Shown in pieces: positions 28,408-37,212 of a stretch of DNA of 64,000 bases. The DNA is from a virus. Lineage: Duplodnaviria > Heunggongvirae > Uroviricota > Caudoviricetes. The notes under the pieces are model-generated. The model was given only the letters and a program-made list of their open reading frames with translations. It ran no database searches and was not told the origin of the DNA. Location of the stretch: IMG/VR virus record IMGVR_UViG_3300017992_000017, positions 33,418 through 97,417 of that record; one strand, 5' to 3'. A program made the translations under genes and the position numbers. Positions within the stretch are counted from its first letter, which is position 1, and every line of letters begins with the position of its first letter.

Positions 28408-29279
28408 GCACCACGATCGTAGCTGAGATCGGGATCAATCACAACGGCTGTCTCGCATTCGCCAAAGAGATGATCGACGCAGCGTATGAGGCTGGTGCCG
28501 ACGTGGTGAAATTCCAGAAGCGTACCCTGCCTGCCGCCGTTCCCATCCACCAGCGACACGCACTCAAAGAGACGCCTTGGGGACAGATGACGTACCTCGA
28601 CTACCGAAACAAGCTGGAGTTCGGGTTCGAGGAGTACTGCACCCTCGATCGGTGGTGTGCCAGGTACCCGATCTCCTGGACTGCGTCGGTGTGGGATGCG
28701 GAGGCTGCCAAGTTCATCGCTCAGTTTGACGTGCCGTACCTCAAGATCCCCTCAGCTGCCATTACGGACGCTCGACTCCTAGATGTCGTACGAGCCACGG
28801 GTAAGCCGGTCGTGATGAGCACCGGCATGTCCACGCTGGAGGAGGTAGACGCTGCGATCAACGTGCTCATGGGTAGCCGGTACTGTGACGGAGACTCCTG
28901 CCGTCGTACGCGTCAGCTACCACCGGCTCAGCTCACGCTCCTGCATTGTGTGAGCACCTATCCGACAGCCATCCCAGACATCAACCTCCGGGTCATGGAC
29001 ACGCTACGAGCTCACACGGGACTCCCAGTAGGCTATTCAGGACACGAGGTAGGGATGGCTGTGAGTATTGCCGCTGTTGCTCGTGGTGCCTGCATGATCG
29101 AGAGACACTTCACCACGTCGCAGACCATGTGGGGTACGGATCAGCGAGCATCTATGGAGCCGGGGGATTTTGCTGCACTGGTCAACGGTATCCGATCGGT
29201 GGAGAGAGCACTCGGTGATGGGGTGAAGATTGTCTGCACCCGAGAACTTCCTATTCGACAGAAGCTACGGGGTGTGTGA
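28404..29279 (+). CDS. neuB: N-acetylneuraminate (nonulosonate) synthase, NeuB family
   Basis: IVAEIGINHNGCLAFAKEMIDAAYEAGADVVKFQ and downstream GYSGHE. At 291 aa it seems to lack a full C-terminal SAF domain. Confidence 0.85.
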   Translation: MSTTIVAEIGINHNGCLAFAKEMIDAAYEAGADVVKFQKRTLPAAVPIHQRHALKETPWGQMTYLDYRNKLEFGFEEYCTLDRWCARYPISWTASVWDAEAAKFIAQFDVPYLKIPSAAITDARLLDVVRATGKPVVMSTGMSTLEEVDAAINVLMGSRYCDGDSCRRTRQLPPAQLTLLHCVSTYPTAIPDINLRVMDTLRAHTGLPVGYSGHEVGMAVSIAAVARGACMIERHFTTSQTMWGTDQRASMEPGDFAALVNGIRSVERALGDGVKIVCTRELPIRQKLRGV

Positions 29280-29566
29280 TGACTACCGTTATGTCCAATA
29301 CGCTGTTCGACATCGTCTCCGAGATCCACGAGAGGCTACAGCAACAGATCGACGAGGGGGTTGTCAGATGGGAAGTGCTCGATACCGGAGGAGCAGCACC
29401 AGTACCGTGTGGGGTCGTCTTTCGGTACGAGTTTGTGTGGAACAATCACAAATACATATGGAAACATGCTTTCTCAGCCATCGAGCTCCTGTGTTGTCCG
29501 GATCCTATCTGGGTGGCTGAGTGGTTGGCCGATAGCTGGTTGCATGATGCTAAGGCTGTGAAATGA
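29276..29566 (+). CDS. hypothetical protein
   Basis: 96-codon ORF with 4-nt overlaps on both sides. Confidence 0.45.
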   Translation: MMTTVMSNTLFDIVSEIHERLQQQIDEGVVRWEVLDTGGAAPVPCGVVFRYEFVWNNHKYIWKHAFSAIELLCCPDPIWVAEWLADSWLHDAKAVK

Positions 29567-30423
29567 AGATTGTCCACTACAAGAAGACCCCCCTGGCTTA
29601 CGCTCCGGACTGGTTGTCGATGGCAATCAACAAGTACTCGGAGCATGAGTCTTCGGTCGTCACGTATCCGAAGCAGCTCCCCAAGCCAGCCAAGGATACG
29701 GTCGTCCATTTTCACAACCGGTTCGTCCCCTACGCCGGTCCCTGTCTGATCCAATACCATTCGGAGCCAGACGAACCGAACCTGATGCATCCGAAAGACC
29801 ACCCCACCGCTCCAGAACGTCGGTTGGTGGTGGCTCATTATCACCCCACGCTCCCCGAATACAAGGACATGCACCCGGTCCGTAACGTGGTGGACTTCAG
29901 ACGTCCTCAGTTTGCATACACCCCGGTTCGGAAGTTCAAGGTCGGTTACTCTCCCTCAGTCACGCGTCGGATCAGCAGGTGGTACGACAAGGGATATGAG
30001 AAGACAGTACAGATCCTCCAGCGTGTTGCCAAAGAAGTCCCGGAGATGGAGGTCGACATTATTGCCGGGGTTTGTCTGGATGAGTGTCTCCGGCGTAAAC
30101 GGGACTGCTCCGTGCTGATCGATGAGTGCGTGACCGGGAGCTATCATCGGAGTGGACTGGAAGGACTGGCGTTGGGGAAGGTGACGATAGCCGGTATGGA
30201 TGCTGCCGTGGTTGATGTGTTTCAGAACGTGTCGGGATCTGTTCTGATTCCGTTTACGATCTGTGGCATCGACTACCTGTGCAACAAGCTGATCCGTCTG
30301 TCCAAGGATATTGATGCGTTGAGAGAACGAGGACTGCACAACCGGCAGTGGTTTGAGAATTTCTGGGCGCCTGAACAGATCGTGGCCGAGTACGTGGAGC
30401 ACTACAAGGAGGTGCTGGCATGA
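29563..30423 (+). CDS. hypothetical protein, possible GT-B-fold glycosyltransferase
   Basis: The C-terminal half (VGYSPS...ILQRVAKEVPEMEVDIIAG...GSYHRSGLEGLALGKVTIAG) resembles the GT1/GT4 C-domain. Weak. Confidence 0.3.
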   Translation: MKIVHYKKTPLAYAPDWLSMAINKYSEHESSVVTYPKQLPKPAKDTVVHFHNRFVPYAGPCLIQYHSEPDEPNLMHPKDHPTAPERRLVVAHYHPTLPEYKDMHPVRNVVDFRRPQFAYTPVRKFKVGYSPSVTRRISRWYDKGYEKTVQILQRVAKEVPEMEVDIIAGVCLDECLRRKRDCSVLIDECVTGSYHRSGLEGLALGKVTIAGMDAAVVDVFQNVSGSVLIPFTICGIDYLCNKLIRLSKDIDALRERGLHNRQWFENFWAPEQIVAEYVEHYKEVLA

Positions 30424-30806
30424 CTAGGATCATTACCCACCCAAGCAACGTGGCCGAGCTACGACGTCACTTTGAGAAGCAGCAGCGTACCAGGTCACCC
30501 TTTGGCATCCTCGGAGCACTGTCCCGGGGTGTGGAGATCCAAGAGAGCGAGCACATGGAGAAGGACCGACCCACCGGCAAGTACATACTACCGGACGGTC
30601 GGGTCGTTGAGAATCAGGACGTCGTGGTCGATACACCGTTCGTCACTTACGGACCAGAGGATATCCCCTCCCTTCTCTACGCCGGGATGATCCAAGAGGA
30701 AAGGGAGGCTCTCTACTATATGCTTAGCGACAGCTGGTGGCTTCATCTGGATCTCCTCCTGGCGGTTCGTAACCCGGCCGTCCTGCTTAGTAGTGCGTGT
30801 TGCTAA
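30420..30806 (+). CDS. hypothetical protein
   Basis: 128-codon ORF. ATGA overlap. Confidence 0.45.
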   Translation: MTRIITHPSNVAELRRHFEKQQRTRSPFGILGALSRGVEIQESEHMEKDRPTGKYILPDGRVVENQDVVVDTPFVTYGPEDIPSLLYAGMIQEEREALYYMLSDSWWLHLDLLLAVRNPAVLLSSACC

Positions 30807-30815
30807 AGGAGTACC

Positions 30816-31055
30816 ATGACCGACAAAGACCGAGAGATCCAACGCCTGCAGGCACTCGTCTACATGCTCTACGACGACGAGGAGTGCAGAATGACCGACC
30901 TTCACGGAGTTCCTTATTGTGAGACCCATGACCACATCTATTGGAATCCTGGCGATATGTGTCCCCATGCCGTAGCTTACGCAGTCCTCCCGGCGTCTGT
31001 GGCATTGGGGCCACCGTGTAACTTTCGAGAGTGGGTAAAGGAGAAACAACAGTGA
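30816..31055 (+). CDS. hypothetical protein
   Basis: 79-codon ORF with an AAAGGAG SD. Confidence 0.45.
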   Translation: MTDKDREIQRLQALVYMLYDDEECRMTDLHGVPYCETHDHIYWNPGDMCPHAVAYAVLPASVALGPPCNFREWVKEKQQ

Positions 31056-31060
31056 CCGTG

Positions 31061-31133
31061 GCCACCGTAGCTCAATTGGCAGAGCAGCGGATTTGTAATT
31101 CGCCGGTTGTGGGTTCAAGTCCCTCCGGTGGCT
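31061..31133 (+). tRNA. tRNA-Thr (anticodon UGU)
   Basis: Hand-folded cloverleaf. Acceptor GCCACCG/CGGTGGC, D arm GCTC-AATTGGCA-GAGC, anticodon arm GCGGA-TTTGTAA-TTCGC, T arm GTGGG-TTCAAGT-CCCTC (one T:T mismatch), discriminator T. No encoded CCA. Confidence 0.85.
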
Positions 31134-31150
31134 TTGACAAGGAGAAGAAC

Positions 31151-31405
31151 GTGAACAACCCCCCAGCGTTTCCCCGTCCGATTGGTGCGGCTATTACGAA
31201 GGATGATGGATATGGTACACGACACCGTACCGTTTCCCCAGCCGCGCCTGGCATGACCCTGCGTGACTACTTCGCTGCACACGCACTGTCTGGCATTATC
31301 GGTAACGGAGCGCTTCATTTCACACATGGACACACACAGAAAACAGTCCGGTGTGCTTACGAACTCGCCGACGAGATGCTGAGACAAAGGGAGGTTAGCG
31401 AATGA
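31151..31405 (+). CDS. hypothetical protein
   Basis: GTG 31151 after an AAGGAGA SD. The track ORF from 31031 would read through the tRNA. Confidence 0.45.
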   Translation: MNNPPAFPRPIGAAITKDDGYGTRHRTVSPAAPGMTLRDYFAAHALSGIIGNGALHFTHGHTQKTVRCAYELADEMLRQREVSE

Positions 31406-31683
31406 GACTGTGCTTTCCGAAACAACAGAATGGATGGAAGACCAAATGCTGGCACGGTATCTTCTCGATCCAACCAGACATCCTTCGTCGTGTAGAGGGA
31501 TGGAACGTCTTTGATCTGGCCTTGTTCTATCTCGACCAGGCACCAGTAGAAGGTGCTTACGTTGCTCCCGCTAACTATCGTGGGTTCTGGCTTCACTTTC
31601 GTTTCTGGCTTCCCGTCATAGGTTGGAGGCTTGGGTTGAGTCTCAAGAAGTGTAAAGACCCTGCATCCTTCGAACAGACATAA
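31402..31683 (+). CDS. hypothetical protein
   Basis: 93-codon ORF. ATGA overlap. Confidence 0.4.
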   Translation: MRLCFPKQQNGWKTKCWHGIFSIQPDILRRVEGWNVFDLALFYLDQAPVEGAYVAPANYRGFWLHFRFWLPVIGWRLGLSLKKCKDPASFEQT

Positions 31684-31696
31684 GTAAAAACCCCCA

Positions 31697-32317
31697 ATGT
31701 CCGGACTTGAATGGCTTGGGGAGCTGGCACACTACCTCGGATCCTGGGTGCCACATCCCCAACGAATTCTGCAACCCCAGCGTGGCGTCAAGCTCCGCAG
31801 CCTGGGTTGGTTCCTGTTCACGTCCAAAGACTGGTGGACCACGTTCTCTTGGCTAACTCCCCCGAGACCCGAACCCCTCCTGCTCACTCCCGGACTCACA
31901 TGGTATCTCCCGGCACTCACAGAGGTCACCATATTCTCCATAGTCGAGGACGAGTACCCAGTACCCAGTCTCCCCACGGTTCTGCGGGGTGGTGTTACCG
32001 TCTGTGTGGGAGGGATCGCGACCGTCAAGATCCAGTCTCCTCGCCGAGCTGTTCTGCGTTGTGTGTCCGTGAAGGAGAAGATCGAGGCAGAAACCCTCCG
32101 AGCCATCCACCAGGTCGTCGCCGGGGTTACAACGAACGAGCTGGCCGAACAGATAGCCAACAAAGCACTCGAAGAAGAGCTCACCGCCACCGTAGCCGAC
32201 AACTTACGGTACTACGGTATCCGGGTACTGCGAGTAACGGCGTTTGTTGGCACGGCGCTGGTACTTCACCATTCGTCTCAGCCACGGGTCGAATACGCAC
32301 TTGAGGACGACTCCTAA
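31697..32317 (+). CDS. SPFH/band-7-like protein
   Basis: An N-terminal hydrophobic segment followed by VKEKIEAETLRAIHQVVAGVTTNELAEQ...YGIRVLRVTAF, as in prohibitin-homology domains. Confidence 0.4.
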   Translation: MSGLEWLGELAHYLGSWVPHPQRILQPQRGVKLRSLGWFLFTSKDWWTTFSWLTPPRPEPLLLTPGLTWYLPALTEVTIFSIVEDEYPVPSLPTVLRGGVTVCVGGIATVKIQSPRRAVLRCVSVKEKIEAETLRAIHQVVAGVTTNELAEQIANKALEEELTATVADNLRYYGIRVLRVTAFVGTALVLHHSSQPRVEYALEDDS

Positions 32318-32347
32318 GGAAGGGGAACTCCTACTATAGGTTCTTAC

Positions 32348-33730
32348 ATGCCGCACCCCCACGAGACGATCCAAAGAGCACTCGAGCTCTACGAACAAGA
32401 GAACTCCATCACGGCCGCCGCAAAGGCTCTGGGGATACCCCGCACTACGGTTCGAGACTGGGTCCACAAGCAAGCCAACGGAGAACCCCTACCGTCCCCC
32501 AGGAAGTCCTCTGCACCTCCTGACGACTTCGTAGAGGACCTTCCCGACACGGACGTCACCAAGACAGGAGAAGGCTATACGAAGGACGTGCGCAAGCGAC
32601 AGACGGTGATCACGTGCCGGTCCAGGACGATCCATACCCTGGACGGAGCTCTTGAGTATGCCGGTGTGGACCTGGAAGAGTGGGAAGTCGACCGGTACGT
32701 TATCAACAAGTGGGATTGTGTAGCAAAGACGGCCATTGAGAAGGTCAGTGACGAGCCGGTTCGATGGGAAAGGGAGCTCACGGCCACGGAGCTCTGGCAG
32801 GTGAAGGTCTGGCTCAAACGGATCGAGACACCCGTAGAGAAACAGAGTCTCCAGGACTTCAAGGACGAACTACTCACAGAGATCCGAGAGCACGCACCTG
32901 AGTACCCAGCATACCCACCCCCACTGTCCGTCTCCGGGAAGTACCTGCTGGAGATCTCTTTACCGGACCTACACTTTGGAAAACTCTCGTGGGCAGCTGA
33001 AACTGGGGAGGACTACGACTGCGAGATCACGGAGAAGAGGTTCCGGGAAGCGATCGAGAACCTACTATCCCACACATCATGCTACCAGCCGGAAAGGATC
33101 CTGTTCCCCGTAGGCAATGACTTCCTGCACATCGACAACCTGGAGTCGACTACAGCTCACGGTACCAGGCAGGACGTAGACACCAGACCGCACCGGATTT
33201 TTCGTCGAGGGTGGCAGCTGTTGGTCGAGGGGGTTGACCGGCTGGCAGAGATCGCGCCGGTGGATGTGGTCGTGATCCCCGGGAACCATGATACGCTGAG
33301 TATGTTCCATGTGGGAGAGGTGCTCGACGCGTGGTATCACAAGACCGACCGGGTGCAGATTGACAACAGTCCCCGGAGCCGGAAGTATGTGGAGTACGGA
33401 CAGAACCTGCTCGGCTTCTGTCACGGCGGGAAAGAGGATCCCAAACCGGACGATCTCCCTCTGATCATGGCGACTCAGGAGAAGGAAGCCTGGGCGCGCA
33501 CGACTCACCACGAATTCCATCTGGGTCACTTCCATACCAAGCGAGAGACGAAGTACCTGGCCGGTGACACGCATAAGGGAGTGATCGTACGAGTGATACC
33601 CAGCCTCTGCGGTACCGACAAGTGGCATTTCGACAAGGGATTCGTGGAGAACCCTCGTGCTGCCGAAGCTTACCTGTACGACCACGAGGCTGGGTACCGG
33701 GGACACTATCTCTGGCAGGCAGTCGCGTAG
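32348..33730 (+). CDS. HTH domain fused to a calcineurin-like metallophosphoesterase
   Basis: N-terminal ITAAAKALGIPRTTVRDWV, then LPDLHFGK, VGNDFLH, IPGNHD, FCHGG, GHFH. Confidence 0.6.
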   Translation: MPHPHETIQRALELYEQENSITAAAKALGIPRTTVRDWVHKQANGEPLPSPRKSSAPPDDFVEDLPDTDVTKTGEGYTKDVRKRQTVITCRSRTIHTLDGALEYAGVDLEEWEVDRYVINKWDCVAKTAIEKVSDEPVRWERELTATELWQVKVWLKRIETPVEKQSLQDFKDELLTEIREHAPEYPAYPPPLSVSGKYLLEISLPDLHFGKLSWAAETGEDYDCEITEKRFREAIENLLSHTSCYQPERILFPVGNDFLHIDNLESTTAHGTRQDVDTRPHRIFRRGWQLLVEGVDRLAEIAPVDVVVIPGNHDTLSMFHVGEVLDAWYHKTDRVQIDNSPRSRKYVEYGQNLLGFCHGGKEDPKPDDLPLIMATQEKEAWARTTHHEFHLGHFHTKRETKYLAGDTHKGVIVRVIPSLCGTDKWHFDKGFVENPRAAEAYLYDHEAGYRGHYLWQAVA

Positions 33731-33934
33731 TTACTGCTCGGCCTCTTCTCTTTCCTGAGCCTTCTCGTACTCGGCCAGGAGATAAGCCAGTTGATCCCGT
33801 CGTCTGGGTCCTGCGTTAGGTGCATGGACACAGACGGGGGTTTCTCCGAGCTTGTAGTACCCGAAAAGCTGAGGCTCAAATCCGTACCGTCTGCAGGCTG
33901 CGATGAATTGAGCTTGGGTCAGATCTCTAGTCAT
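33731..33934 (-). CDS. hypothetical protein
   Basis: 67-codon ORF. Last gene of the minus-strand block, convergent with 32348..33730. Confidence 0.45.
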   Translation of the reverse strand: MTRDLTQAQFIAACRRYGFEPQLFGYYKLGETPVCVHAPNAGPRRRDQLAYLLAEYEKAQEREEAEQ

Positions 33935-34215
33935 TCGCAGACCTCCTCTTCGGTTTCAGGCTCTGAGGGTTGTGCTCCCCCTGTCCTGACGTCCTCCAGG
34001 TCATAGCACAAATAGGAGTGGCAGCCATCGTAGCCAACCCGTCCGTCAGACACCATCACCTCATAGATCGGATCGGGTTTGCTCCACGATCCTCGCAAGT
34101 CCTCAATAGCTCGGTCTGGCTCGTTGTCGTCAAACACCAGCCAGCCATAGAGCGGGTACAGACCGTCGTAGTCCTGTTTCTCCTGCTGGGTTGCTCGGCG
34201 GATCTTCGGTTTCAT
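33931..34215 (-). CDS. hypothetical protein
   Basis: 94-codon ORF. AGGAGA SD (CCCAGGAGAAATTCCC-ATG). Confidence 0.45.
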   Translation of the reverse strand: MKPKIRRATQQEKQDYDGLYPLYGWLVFDDNEPDRAIEDLRGSWSKPDPIYEVMVSDGRVGYDGCHSYLCYDLEDVRTGGAQPSEPETEEEVCE

Positions 34216-34302
34216 GGGAATTTCTCCTGGGTTTCGTCTCGTCCGGATCCACCTTAATTATACAGACTGGTGTGTTTACCCCTGCGTGCCTCACCAATAG
34301 AA

Positions 34303-34337
34303 AAGGACTTAGGACAACAAACCTGTCCTAAGTCCTT
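34303..34337. terminator. bidirectional rho-independent terminator hairpin
   Basis: Perfect 14-bp stem AAGGACTTAGGACA/TGTCCTAAGTCCTT with a 7-nt loop. T-rich run on the minus strand (TTTTCTATT) and GTTTGT on the plus strand. Confidence 0.6.
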
Positions 34338-34405
34338 GTTTGTCGGTAGTCTTATTTCCAAAGTGTCCAGTTCGCAAACTAGACCGGCCGAAAAAATAAT
34401 CCAAC

Positions 34406-34915
34406 CTATTTTCGTTTCTGCGACCCCTCTTTCTGGGAGCGGGTATACCCCTCTTCCCTCATCTGCTCCTCGATCTTGTCCACAATCTTCCTTGCCTCGG
34501 CTGGGGAGAGACCCCACGTGTTCTTCAGCAAGCTCAGCGCCTTGGTTCGGCCGGAGATTGCCACCAAGGCTCCAGGAGTCATGAGTCCGTTACCCTGTGC
34601 ACACTCGACCTGCTCGGCAATTGAACCAGATGTCAATTGCTTTGCAGCAGCTTGGGGATCCTTTGGACCCTTGTTCCGTCCGAAGTAGCCGCTGGCTGAT
34701 CCCCCCAAGTACGAGATCACGCGATAGCATGCTTGCTGGTTGGAAGCTGCCCACACGTACTTGACAATTTCCTTCCCGTCCTCGGAAGGAATGCTGATGA
34801 CGTACAGACACCAGCGTTTCTTCTCTGTTCCGTCGTCTTTGTAGGCTACCGGTGGCCGGTTTTTCAGTGCCTCTTCCGCCGTGTCGTATACTTCTGTCTT
34901 CTTCTGTCGTGGCAT
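34406..34915 (-). CDS. hypothetical protein
   Basis: 169-codon ORF followed by the hairpin at 34303..34337. Confidence 0.5.
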   Translation of the reverse strand: MPRQKKTEVYDTAEEALKNRPPVAYKDDGTEKKRWCLYVISIPSEDGKEIVKYVWAASNQQACYRVISYLGGSASGYFGRNKGPKDPQAAAKQLTSGSIAEQVECAQGNGLMTPGALVAISGRTKALSLLKNTWGLSPAEARKIVDKIEEQMREEGYTRSQKEGSQKRK

Positions 34916-35008
34916 CGTTCTCTTCCTTTGATGCTGTGGCTTTGTCCGTATGCCTTGTATTATACAGCATCCGTCCTGTCCGTACTAGATGTTGGTGTCA
35001 CTGCTACC

Positions 35009-35036
35009 ATTATACAACATATAGTTTCGTCGGCAA
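35009..35036 (-). promoter_or_regulatory. sigma70-like promoter with a TG-extended -10
   Basis: Minus strand reads TTGCCG (35036-35031), 16-nt spacer, TG-TATAAT (35016-35009). Further TGTATAAT boxes on the minus strand at 34966-34959 and 34264-34257. Confidence 0.4.
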
Positions 35037-35080
35037 GAGGGAGAAGAGGAATTTTATCATAACTTTCTGGTAGAATAGTG

Positions 35081-35299
35081 TTAATTCGCTTCATTTCGCA
35101 TATCTTCAAGCATACGAAGGAGGTGTTGATAGCCATTTCCGAGCCACCCCTCTCCATCCCAATACTTCAGGAGTGCCCTGGCTTCGTCCCAGTCCTGCTT
35201 GCGAATCTCGGCCAGAACCATCTCCCGCCTAGCACAACAACGTGCAGGAGACGTGGCATCAAACGCAGCCGCGAACTGGGATAGTATGGTCTCGTTCAT
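35081..35299 (-). CDS. hypothetical protein
   Basis: 72-codon ORF. Confidence 0.4.
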   Translation of the reverse strand: MNETILSQFAAAFDATSPARCCARREMVLAEIRKQDWDEARALLKYWDGEGWLGNGYQHLLRMLEDMRNEAN

Positions 35300-35315
35300 G
35301 TTTGGTGAATTCCCG

Positions 35316-35522
35316 TCAGTTCATTATCTGCTCAATAGAAACGCCAAACAGATCGGCCAACGCGTAGAAGTCCCGGCTCGATAGACAACACGTCCCGGAC
35401 TCGCACTGGATCAACTTGGCCAGCGTCACCCTGGACTTCTCTGCGGTAACGATCTGAGACATCCCCTGTTCTCTCCGGAGAGTCTTGATCCTCCACCCCA
35501 CCATGTCATCCCACGTGAGCAT
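35316..35522 (-). CDS. XRE-family HTH transcriptional regulator
   Basis: IKTLRREQGMSQIVTAEKSRVTLAKLIQCESG...ADLFGVSIEQI. ATG 35522 with a GAGGA SD preferred over TTG 35537. Confidence 0.6.
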   Translation of the reverse strand: MLTWDDMVGWRIKTLRREQGMSQIVTAEKSRVTLAKLIQCESGTCCLSSRDFYALADLFGVSIEQIMN

Positions 35523-36354
35523 GAATTGTCCTCGCAAGCTGTGGCCAACGCTGATACGCCGACGCGGTTATGAACTGCTCCACCCGCTCGATCTCAGCCA
35601 GCGAGTTTGCCAGTGAGCATTGCCGGGGAACTGCTGTCTGGATCTGCTGCACCCACACACGCAACTGCCGAATCTCCTCCAGACGGGACTGTACGTACTT
35701 GAATCCCCGCTCCTGTCCCAGAGCTTTACGGAGGAGGTTGCCGGATCGCTCGGTGACGACCAGCAGCATCGAACTGGCAAAGGATCTCTGTCCCCGGCGA
35801 TCAAAGTAGGCTGACCACGTGCTGATCTGCTCCGGCGATCCAGATGGACTGGCCTCCTGAACTAGCTTGACGACTTTATCCCACTTCTTTACAGACCAGG
35901 GTGGAAGCCAGTAGACTGTCCCGAAAGATCTGAGGGGTAGTCCGTCAAGTTTCCGGATGATGTTTTGCAGATTTCTGGCCAGCACAGTAGGGTCAAGCAT
36001 CTTGAGCGTGGCTGTCCAAGCGCCCTGTACCTCTTCCTTCTGTCCCTCATGATCGTGTTTGACGAGCAATGTCCCATCACCCTTGAGTACAGCCTCAAAC
36101 ACCGGGAGCGTCTGTCCATCCCGTAATACCCGGTATCCGTTGGGGAGAGACCGGATTATGTCGGGATGGGGAAAGACGTCCTGAATGGCCTTCTTGAACG
36201 TCCTCTTGTCGGACGGAACTGCGATGGAGCTGGGCATATCCATCTCTTCAAGACCTGTGTGGATCTTGCGCCGGTCAAAACTCTCGGCCAGATCCCAGTA
36301 GGTCTTGATCCCTACGAGCAGCTCCGGCAGCACACTATTCGATGTCTGGGTCAT
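35506..36354 (-). CDS. hypothetical protein
   Basis: 282-codon ORF. Confidence 0.5.
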   Translation of the reverse strand: MTQTSNSVLPELLVGIKTYWDLAESFDRRKIHTGLEEMDMPSSIAVPSDKRTFKKAIQDVFPHPDIIRSLPNGYRVLRDGQTLPVFEAVLKGDGTLLVKHDHEGQKEEVQGAWTATLKMLDPTVLARNLQNIIRKLDGLPLRSFGTVYWLPPWSVKKWDKVVKLVQEASPSGSPEQISTWSAYFDRRGQRSFASSMLLVVTERSGNLLRKALGQERGFKYVQSRLEEIRQLRVWVQQIQTAVPRQCSLANSLAEIERVEQFITASAYQRWPQLARTIHAHVG

Positions 36355-36667
36355 AGAGAATCTCCAGCTCCCACGTGTCGGGTACTTCGTCGGTTGCGTA
36401 CAGGACGGACGCGAGAAAGTCCGGTTCGTCTGGTTCCTCGGCTCGCTGCATCTGTTCCAGGATCACGTAGTCCCGACAGACGAGTTTCCGGAGGATGTAT
36501 GTCCTGGTGACAAATCGTTCCTTGTCGAAATCCCACCCCGTAATATCGTTGATTCCCCGTCCGTGGACAACCCCCAGAACTGTCTCGGTACACGCTTCCC
36601 CTTTCTCCTCCAGGTCTTTTCGGATCTTGGTCAGTGTCGACATATTGAAGGTCTCTTTTGACCACAT
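36335..36667 (-). CDS. hypothetical protein
   Basis: 110-codon ORF with a GGAGGG SD. Confidence 0.5.
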   Translation of the reverse strand: MWSKETFNMSTLTKIRKDLEEKGEACTETVLGVVHGRGINDITGWDFDKERFVTRTYILRKLVCRDYVILEQMQRAEEPDEPDFLASVLYATDEVPDTWELEILYDPDIE

Positions 36668-36705
36668 ACCTTACCCTCCGGTGAAAGATGTAGAATAGGT
36701 CTCCT

Positions 36706-36948
36706 CTACTCGACGCTAAAACCTCCTTCTTTGGATGAGATACCCATGGCCGATCTCCACCCACACCCGGCACAGCTTCGGTAGGATCCCATGCCGGTCC
36801 CTCCTCGGACGCGTGAGTCTTTCACATCGACTTCGCAGCGGAAGGTCGGCGAGCACCCACAATGCTGGCAGGGTGTGTCATGAAGCGTTTCTACAATACG
36901 CGGTTTGCCGAGTTTTTCGACGTACGGCAGGTCGGGGTTGTCGGCCAT
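36706..36948 (-). CDS. hypothetical Cys-rich protein
   Basis: ATG 36948 after an AAGGAGA SD. CQHCGC...CAGCG. Confidence 0.45.
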   Translation of the reverse strand: MADNPDLPYVEKLGKPRIVETLHDTPCQHCGCSPTFRCEVDVKDSRVRGGTGMGSYRSCAGCGWRSAMGISSKEGGFSVE

Positions 36949-36990
36949 GGGTTCTCCTTGTGGTTTGCGGTCGGAGAGACACCGCATAGA

Positions 36991-37160
36991 TCGGTTTCAA
37001 TCACGCTCACGTCTCTCCGACCGGTTGTAAGGTGAGGGACAGATACACACTCGGTTTCACGATCGTAGTCGTCCCTCGGTTGTGTCTGGCTCGTGACATG
37101 ACTCTTTTCGGATACACAAGTAAGAACGTCTCCGAGCCATAGTGTACGGTCGGTTCGGGG
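36991..37160. repeat. bipartite-motif array, distal part (TCGGTTTCA-N9-TCGYC units)
   Basis: 9-mers at 36991 and 37051 (60-bp spacing). Degenerate copies at about 37108 and 37150. Confidence 0.6.
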
Positions 37161-37212
37161 AGACACTCTGGCGATCGGCTGCAAGACCCACTTCGTCTCC
37201 CCGAACCGTACA

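Noticed and set aside
31031-31150. N-terminal part of track ORF 31031..31405
   Set aside because: It overlaps the tRNA-Thr gene. A GTG with an AAGGAGA SD at 31151 gives a sensible shorter protein.
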